DNA of 64,000 nt from Halobacteriota archaeon (GTDB lineage Archaea; Halobacteriota; Bog-38; Methanoflorentales; Methanoflorentaceae), in the NCBI GenBank assembly GCA_050013755.1, contig JBEKER010000001.1:37595-101594 (forward strand). The letters run 5' to 3'. Below the pieces are notes generated by a model, which was given only the letters and a program-made list of their open reading frames with translations, was not told the DNA's origin and ran no database searches. Both the position numbers and the translations under genes were made by a program. This document shows, in pieces, positions 59,035 through 64,000 of the stretch; the first letter of the stretch is position 1, and every line of letters starts with the position of its first letter.

Positions 59035-60474
59035 GTGGCTTTAGGTCTTTTGGGAGCGAAACCGAAGGTTGCAAAGAATCAACAGGTGTCCCTGCTTGAG
59101 ATCAAGAAGGGGCCGTTCTACGTTGTGGCGTCTGTAGAAGTGGGCAACACGACGACGAAGTGTATCCTTACCGCGACGAACATGCAGGAGGGCAAGGCTT
59201 ATGTCGTCAACAAGGTCGTCAACATGACGCGTGACGTGCGCGACCCAAAGCCAGGCGAAGAAATCTTTGGTCGGACCCTGACCTATAAGCCGCTTACACG
59301 AAACAGCATTGCTGAGATGGTGAAGGGCACCCTCATCAAGTCCGTGCGAAACGCGAATCTCGAGCTTGCCGATGACCTCCATTTTGTCGTGCGTTCCACC
59401 GGCGTTGTCGCTGGTTTTGACCAGCCCGAAGATATTGGTGAGTTTATAAAGGCACTTGCCGACGGCTGCTTAATGGCGGGAGTTACAGCACGTAAAATGA
59501 CGCCAGCGATGAGCCTTCACCACCTCCCAAAGAAGTTTCGCGAGTACAGTCTTCTCGACAAAGTCGCTTTTGACGGTTCGGTAAGCGGCGTGCTCCCACC
59601 GATCGGCTCGACAGGGGTTGAAGTTGTCGCAAATGAAATGGAGGGGGAGCTTGCGACGGCCGGAATCAAGGAAGGCGCGAAATGGGCAGACGTTGACTTC
59701 AGAAATCCGTGCCTTTCTATGGATTTTGGGACAACTTTCAAAGGTCGCATCACCAACGACGTACTTCCCTACGCGAACACGATCGCGAACTTCTGTGGGA
59801 TCTCTGGGGAAATCGTCGATTCAGTCGGCCGCGGCACCGGGCTGGTAGACGAAACGAGCGGCACGACGTTTGACCTCCCAAAGCTGAGCCGACTGAGGGT
59901 CAGCGTGGCGAGAGAACGAGACGTAAGAGCTCTCGCAAACGAGATCCACGAACATATTCGAATCGAGGAAGTCCCAAAAACGTCCAAGCGCTTTGGCAGC
60001 GTCCCCGTGAATCCTCACGCTGCGGCGCAAATCGGGTTGACCCTCATCGGCGTTGATTCTGGTGAAAACGGCAGTGACCTTCACCGCATTTCGAAAGTCG
60101 GTGGCGAGATCTACGAAGACTATGGGCTTGGAATGCTCTATGGCGTTATTGATTGGGTTTCTACCGGCATAGCCGAACGGATCATCAATACAGCTTTTAC
60201 GAAAGGTCTGATCAATGACAAGGTGAGCATCGGGATAACCGGGCGCGCGGGCATAACCGGAAACAAGCCTAGTCACATCTTGAAGGCTATCAAAGAGATG
60301 GGCATCTATAGCAAGCCCGAAGACTACGTCGTGTTTGTGGATGATGGGCTAGCGCGAGGCGCCGCTATCATGGCACGATGCATGAATTCGCTTGGCACGC
60401 CCAAGAATCCGTTTGGAGGACTTAGAGGCGGCAGGTGCATATTGGGTCAGCGGATCAGACTGCAGACCTATTGA
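59035..60474 (+). CDS. ASKHA-superfamily (actin/Hsp70/sugar-kinase fold) ATPase-like protein; methanogenesis-marker-14/hydantoinase-like family, function unknown
   Basis: phosphate-1-like 'VEVGNTTTKCIL', phosphate-2-like 'MDFGTTFKGRI', 'GITGRAGITGNKPS'. Confidence 0.45.
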   Translation: MALGLLGAKPKVAKNQQVSLLEIKKGPFYVVASVEVGNTTTKCILTATNMQEGKAYVVNKVVNMTRDVRDPKPGEEIFGRTLTYKPLTRNSIAEMVKGTLIKSVRNANLELADDLHFVVRSTGVVAGFDQPEDIGEFIKALADGCLMAGVTARKMTPAMSLHHLPKKFREYSLLDKVAFDGSVSGVLPPIGSTGVEVVANEMEGELATAGIKEGAKWADVDFRNPCLSMDFGTTFKGRITNDVLPYANTIANFCGISGEIVDSVGRGTGLVDETSGTTFDLPKLSRLRVSVARERDVRALANEIHEHIRIEEVPKTSKRFGSVPVNPHAAAQIGLTLIGVDSGENGSDLHRISKVGGEIYEDYGLGMLYGVIDWVSTGIAERIINTAFTKGLINDKVSIGITGRAGITGNKPSHILKAIKEMGIYSKPEDYVVFVDDGLARGAAIMARCMNSLGTPKNPFGGLRGGRCILGQRIRLQTY

Positions 60475-60496
60475 AAAGCTCGTCGCGCTCCCGACG

Positions 60497-60503
60497 TTTT
60501 TTT
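60497..60503 (+). terminator. oligo-T tract (T7) preceded by an inverted repeat, downstream of the ASKHA gene
   Basis: 'cgtcgcgctcccgacgTTTTTTTgcggg' starting 6 nt after the stop. Confidence 0.45.
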
Positions 60504-60813
60504 GCGGGAATTACGACGCCGGAGTCATGAGTACACGAGCTCTGAGCGGTTTTTGCAGTCGTCCTGCGTCATCTTGGAAACAGCTAGAATTTTGAAAGCT
60601 TTGTGAGGAAAGAAAACCTAAAGCAAGCCCGCGGCACAGTTTGACACGCTGTACGACCCGATAAAAAATAAGCGGAAGTATTATAAAACAAAAGCCGTAC
60701 ATAAAAATATAACGATAATTATAAAGATATTGTTTGCATCGATAGTCTAACGTGACTGCGCCATCGGAACTAGAAAGATTGATAATCCGTTCGCGGAAGA
60801 TACAACGATCGCA

Positions 60814-62043
60814 ATGTTGAAAAGACACGGACCGACACACAGAAAAGCACTCATTGGTCTCTCGCTGACGCTTATACTCTTGATATGCTTCTCCGTGATA
60901 AGCCCCGCGGCAGCGCAGACATCATCGCCTTCTAGTTCAACCACGGCTGCGAGTGCGCACTACCCGCCGTGGCCTGTGAACCTTTACGAGTTTTACAGAT
61001 CGGATTGTCCGCATTGCCAGGCGCTCGCGCCACACATTGCTGCGCTGGCAGCCGAGTACCCAACATTGCATGTGTATCAGTACGAAACGCAAAACGATGC
61101 GAATTTTAGCCTTTTTGAAACGTTCGAGAGCGCGTACGGAATGAAGTTATTAGACACTGTCCCGACTGTTTTTGTCGGAAAGCAGTATTTCGTATCGGAC
61201 TCTGCAGAACCACAGATCGAAGCAGCTGTTGCACAAGCAATTCAACACGGAGCGACAGGCCCGGGTGACAAATTAACTGGCCACGTTGTGCCAACGCCGA
61301 CGCCAACACCAGGGACCAAGAATTCAACCTCCTCGCAGAATGGGACGTTGGTGAATAGCCAGGGGAGTCTGCCATTGCCGCTGTTCATCACAACCGGCAT
61401 AATCAGCGGGCTAAATCCGTGTGTCTTCTCAGTGCTTATCTTCTTGATGGGGACGGTCGCCCTCACAGCGTCGCGCCCGCGAGCCCTTGCCATTGGGGTG
61501 ACCTACATTGCAACGGTGTTTTTCGTCTTCTTCCTTTCGGCACTTGCGCTCGTGCAGTTCGTTCGAATCATAGGTGCACAGAACTTAGATCTGACTAAGA
61601 CCGTGATTGGCGTCTTCCTCCTCGTCGTTGGTATCGTATCGATCAAGGATTTCTTTTGGTATAACCGCTGGTTCAGTTTTAAGATTCCAACCTTCACGAA
61701 ACACAGCATCAGCACTCTCGGGAAGACCGGTTCTTTTCTTGCTATTATAGGGCTCGGTTTCATTGCGACGATTGCCGCTTTGCCGTGCACGTTAGGTCCG
61801 TTCACCTTCTTCTCGGCCAATTATCTCACCAGCATGACTGCGATGGATAACAACCTCTACACGGCCCTATTCGCATTTGCATTCATCATACCGATGACTA
61901 TTGTTTTCGTCGCCATATACGCCATCAAGGTGGGGACGGACAGAGCAGAAGAATGGAGAATGCAATCAGCGCGATATATGCGGCTTGTGGCCGGGCTCCT
62001 CATGGTCTCGTTTGGCCTGCTGCTCGTGCTCAAGGTGTTCTAA
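60814..62043 (+). CDS. thiol:disulfide oxidoreductase fusion: extracytoplasmic thioredoxin-like domain (CPHC) + CcdA/DsbD-type transmembrane domain
   Basis: N-terminal TM/signal; 'YEFYRSDCPHCQALAPHIAAL' thioredoxin CxxC; TM Cys pair 'GLNPCVFSVLIF' and 'AALPCTLGPFTFF' as in the DsbD beta/CcdA core. Confidence 0.7.
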   Translation: MLKRHGPTHRKALIGLSLTLILLICFSVISPAAAQTSSPSSSTTAASAHYPPWPVNLYEFYRSDCPHCQALAPHIAALAAEYPTLHVYQYETQNDANFSLFETFESAYGMKLLDTVPTVFVGKQYFVSDSAEPQIEAAVAQAIQHGATGPGDKLTGHVVPTPTPTPGTKNSTSSQNGTLVNSQGSLPLPLFITTGIISGLNPCVFSVLIFLMGTVALTASRPRALAIGVTYIATVFFVFFLSALALVQFVRIIGAQNLDLTKTVIGVFLLVVGIVSIKDFFWYNRWFSFKIPTFTKHSISTLGKTGSFLAIIGLGFIATIAALPCTLGPFTFFSANYLTSMTAMDNNLYTALFAFAFIIPMTIVFVAIYAIKVGTDRAEEWRMQSARYMRLVAGLLMVSFGLLLVLKVF

Positions 62044-62203
62044 GGCTAAGGCTAGTTCGGTAGCTCCGCTGCTCGCGATACTCTGCTCAACCCCCTTGCC
62101 GACAGTCGCGCGGTGTTTCTTTATTAGAGAATTTGTTAAGTGGGACCACCCCTCCAGCGGCACGCTGTATGTATGCTAAAGGCCGTTAGGAACTCAGGTT
62201 ACC

Positions 62204-62833
62204 ATGGAAACGACAAAAAACGTCCGTTCAGCGGACCGAAGAGCGGAATACAATAGACGGGCTCTTGAAGGGGATCTCCTCAAGCTTACTATAGCCGTTA
62301 GTGCTGAGCTGCTTATTTTTTTAATCTGGTTTCTTGGGCCTGCACGAGAGCGTTACGAGGTTCTCGTGCACGTAGCACTGCCTGTGTGTATAGTCTTCCC
62401 GATCATCAACTATCGTTACCTACCCTTGGTGCCGCTCATTGCATTCTTGCCGGATGCGGCACGAGCGTTGGGCATCGAGATCTCACATTCCCTCGTGTTG
62501 TTGCCGATCATCTTCATCGCAGCCGCAGTACCCTTTATAAATCGACCAAGGACGGCTCTTATCGCCTGCTACGCGGCATTTGCCATCGTAGCAAGTCATT
62601 TTATCGTCGATGCACGCAACGGTACAGCTATAGGCAACGTAGCAGGATATCCATGGAGCAATCTCGTGCTCTATGCGCTCGCCCTGACCCTGCTAGGGTT
62701 TGTGCTCCTCCAGCGTGTGCGTCTGACTGAGACTCGCGAGGGGGAAAACTATAACACCGGTTTGCCTTCGGCGTATCTCTTCTGCGCCGTTTCAGACTGC
62801 TTGCTGATCTGCATCGCGTCGCAACGAATATAG
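62204..62833 (+). CDS. hypothetical polytopic membrane protein
   Basis: 209 aa, about 5 predicted TM helices; no recognisable motif. Confidence 0.4.
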   Translation: METTKNVRSADRRAEYNRRALEGDLLKLTIAVSAELLIFLIWFLGPARERYEVLVHVALPVCIVFPIINYRYLPLVPLIAFLPDAARALGIEISHSLVLLPIIFIAAAVPFINRPRTALIACYAAFAIVASHFIVDARNGTAIGNVAGYPWSNLVLYALALTLLGFVLLQRVRLTETREGENYNTGLPSAYLFCAVSDCLLICIASQRI

Positions 62834-62870
62834 GTATCTTGTTTGCTTATGAGCATCACGCCGTGATCAG

Positions 62871-63428
62871 ATGCATCACACATATCGTGACGAAGTCGAA
62901 AGGCGAACGTGGCAGAACCCTGAAGCAATTCTCGCGGAAGCGGGAGTCAAAGCCGGCGATGTGCTCATAGATTTGGCCTGTGGGTTTGGTTTTTTTGCCA
63001 TTCCCGCAGCAAAAATAGTCGGCTCAGAAGGCGTCATTTGCGGCGTTGACGTTGACAAAGAAGCTTTAGATGAACTACGTGAACAAGCTGCGCTTGTCGG
63101 CCTGCGAAACCTGCGGTTAAAACTCGCCGCGGCAGAAGCTGTCGTTTTATGCGAGCAATGCGCTGACATAGTGTTTGTTGGGATAGCGCTCCACGATTTC
63201 AAGGATCCACTCAAGGTTTTGCAGAACGTGAAGAGAGCACTCAAAACGGATGGCAGATTGGTAAACCTAGACTGGAAGAAAGAGCAAACGCCTTTCGGCC
63301 CCCCGCTCGAAATACGGTTCAGTCAAGGCGAAGCCGTCTCTCTCATCGAAACAGCAGGATTTAAAGTCGTCTCAGTAAAAGATTCAGGGCCCTACCACTA
63401 CATCATTTCAGCGAATTTGCTTCCCTAG
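62871..63428 (+). CDS. class I SAM-dependent methyltransferase
   Basis: 'VLIDLACGFGFFAIPAAKIV' motif I and 'CGVDVDKEALD' motif II. Confidence 0.7.
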   Translation: MHHTYRDEVERRTWQNPEAILAEAGVKAGDVLIDLACGFGFFAIPAAKIVGSEGVICGVDVDKEALDELREQAALVGLRNLRLKLAAAEAVVLCEQCADIVFVGIALHDFKDPLKVLQNVKRALKTDGRLVNLDWKKEQTPFGPPLEIRFSQGEAVSLIETAGFKVVSVKDSGPYHYIISANLLP

Positions 63429-63704
63429 CTTCTAGACCTCGGCAGCAAAGTCTTGTGCTAATACTTTCAAATCCTTGAAAGACAAAAGCTGATTGAAGTA
63501 ATCCGATGCTGCCGTGCTGCATTTATGTCGAGGGCCACGGTACTGATCGGTATCCGATTAGTCTTCTGAACGGCACACGTAGACTCGTGCCAAGCTCAAG
63601 ATCACCAGGAACACTCACTTTTCTCCTAAATTTTGATAATATAATACTCTCTCGAACCGTGTTAAAGAAAAAGAGCGTGTAAAAAATCAACTAAGGAGCT
63701 TGTT

Positions 63705-63944
63705 TTGCCGGCTTACCCAATCTCGATGTGTTTGGTTTGCATACATTATCGAAAAGCTCAGCGATGTGAAGCTTTTCCAACGCGAATACCTCAGGCCATT
63801 CTTACTGGCAGATTTGATCATAGAACACGTCACGATGGGGACAATGGTATTAGATTTCAGCCAAGAGATGATGTTAGCCAAGCAGAGTTGGAAGGAATTT
63901 TAAGCATATTCGGCGAAAAAAACCGTTTTTTGAGCCGGGTTTAA
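63705..63944 (+). CDS. small hypothetical protein, possible zinc-ribbon (CxxC...C)
   Basis: 79 aa ORF 'CLVCIHYRKAQRC'; weak support only. Confidence 0.2.
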   Translation: MPAYPISMCLVCIHYRKAQRCEAFPTRIPQAILTGRFDHRTRHDGDNGIRFQPRDDVSQAELEGILSIFGEKNRFLSRV

Positions 63945-64000
63945 TTTTAACTCTGCACAGGCCTACTGTGCGCACGAGTTTAGAGTTCTGGGAAACGGCG

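Noticed and set aside
1-64000. CRISPR arrays, IS elements, integrases, toxin-antitoxin or restriction-modification genes
   Set aside because: No regularly spaced direct repeats and no transposase/integrase-like ORFs. The only significant repeats are intragenic, in the propeller gene. The methyltransferases present are conserved RNA/protein MTases (KsgA, HemK, TrmI, COG2263, fibrillarin), not R-M components

Overview
This is a roughly 55% GC archaeal chromosomal segment carrying almost wholly conserved core genes, read here without tools from the six-frame track and motif recognition. Two PGF-CTERM proteins and an archaeosortase-like gene point to a euryarchaeon. The proteome is not acid-shifted, so a haloarchaeon is unlikely. 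The core blocks are: (i) the exosome/RNA-modification superoperon (COG2263 methylase, Csl4, RpoL, then HemK-KsgA-DUF655-RpoF-L21e-Pus10, aIF2beta, L10e, fibrillarin/Nop5); (ii) a complete ribosomal-protein/SecY/Adk/Cmk/Cbf5 operon at 33.2-49.1 kb, which includes a zinc-type S14 gene absent from the ORF track; (iii) a cobamide salvage cluster CobY-CobS-CobZ-like with MobB, PurM and aspartate kinase. The accessory-looking parts are: (a) a cell-surface module at 23.3-30.6 kb (GT4 glycosyltransferase, CE4 deacetylase, archaeosortase A, a GH-like + six-bladed lectin-like beta-propeller protein with nucleotide-level tandem repeats, a mucin-like Ser/Thr/Pro-rich lipobox protein, and a parallel beta-helix PGF-CTERM protein); (b) an operon of two paralogous M50 site-2 proteases bracketing a TraB/PrgY-family protein at 54.8-57.8 kb; (c) several unusual domain fusions (aIF2beta-TRAM, thioredoxin-CcdA/DsbD, extended L32e, short Nop5); (d) a standalone Pta-N-terminal-like DRTGG regulatory protein paired with ADP-forming acetyl-CoA synthetase; (e) a UbiC-fold protein next to beta-RFAP synthase. 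I found no CRISPR array, no supportable tRNA and no obvious mobile element. Many long antisense ORFs in the track are GC-driven shadow ORFs and were rejected.
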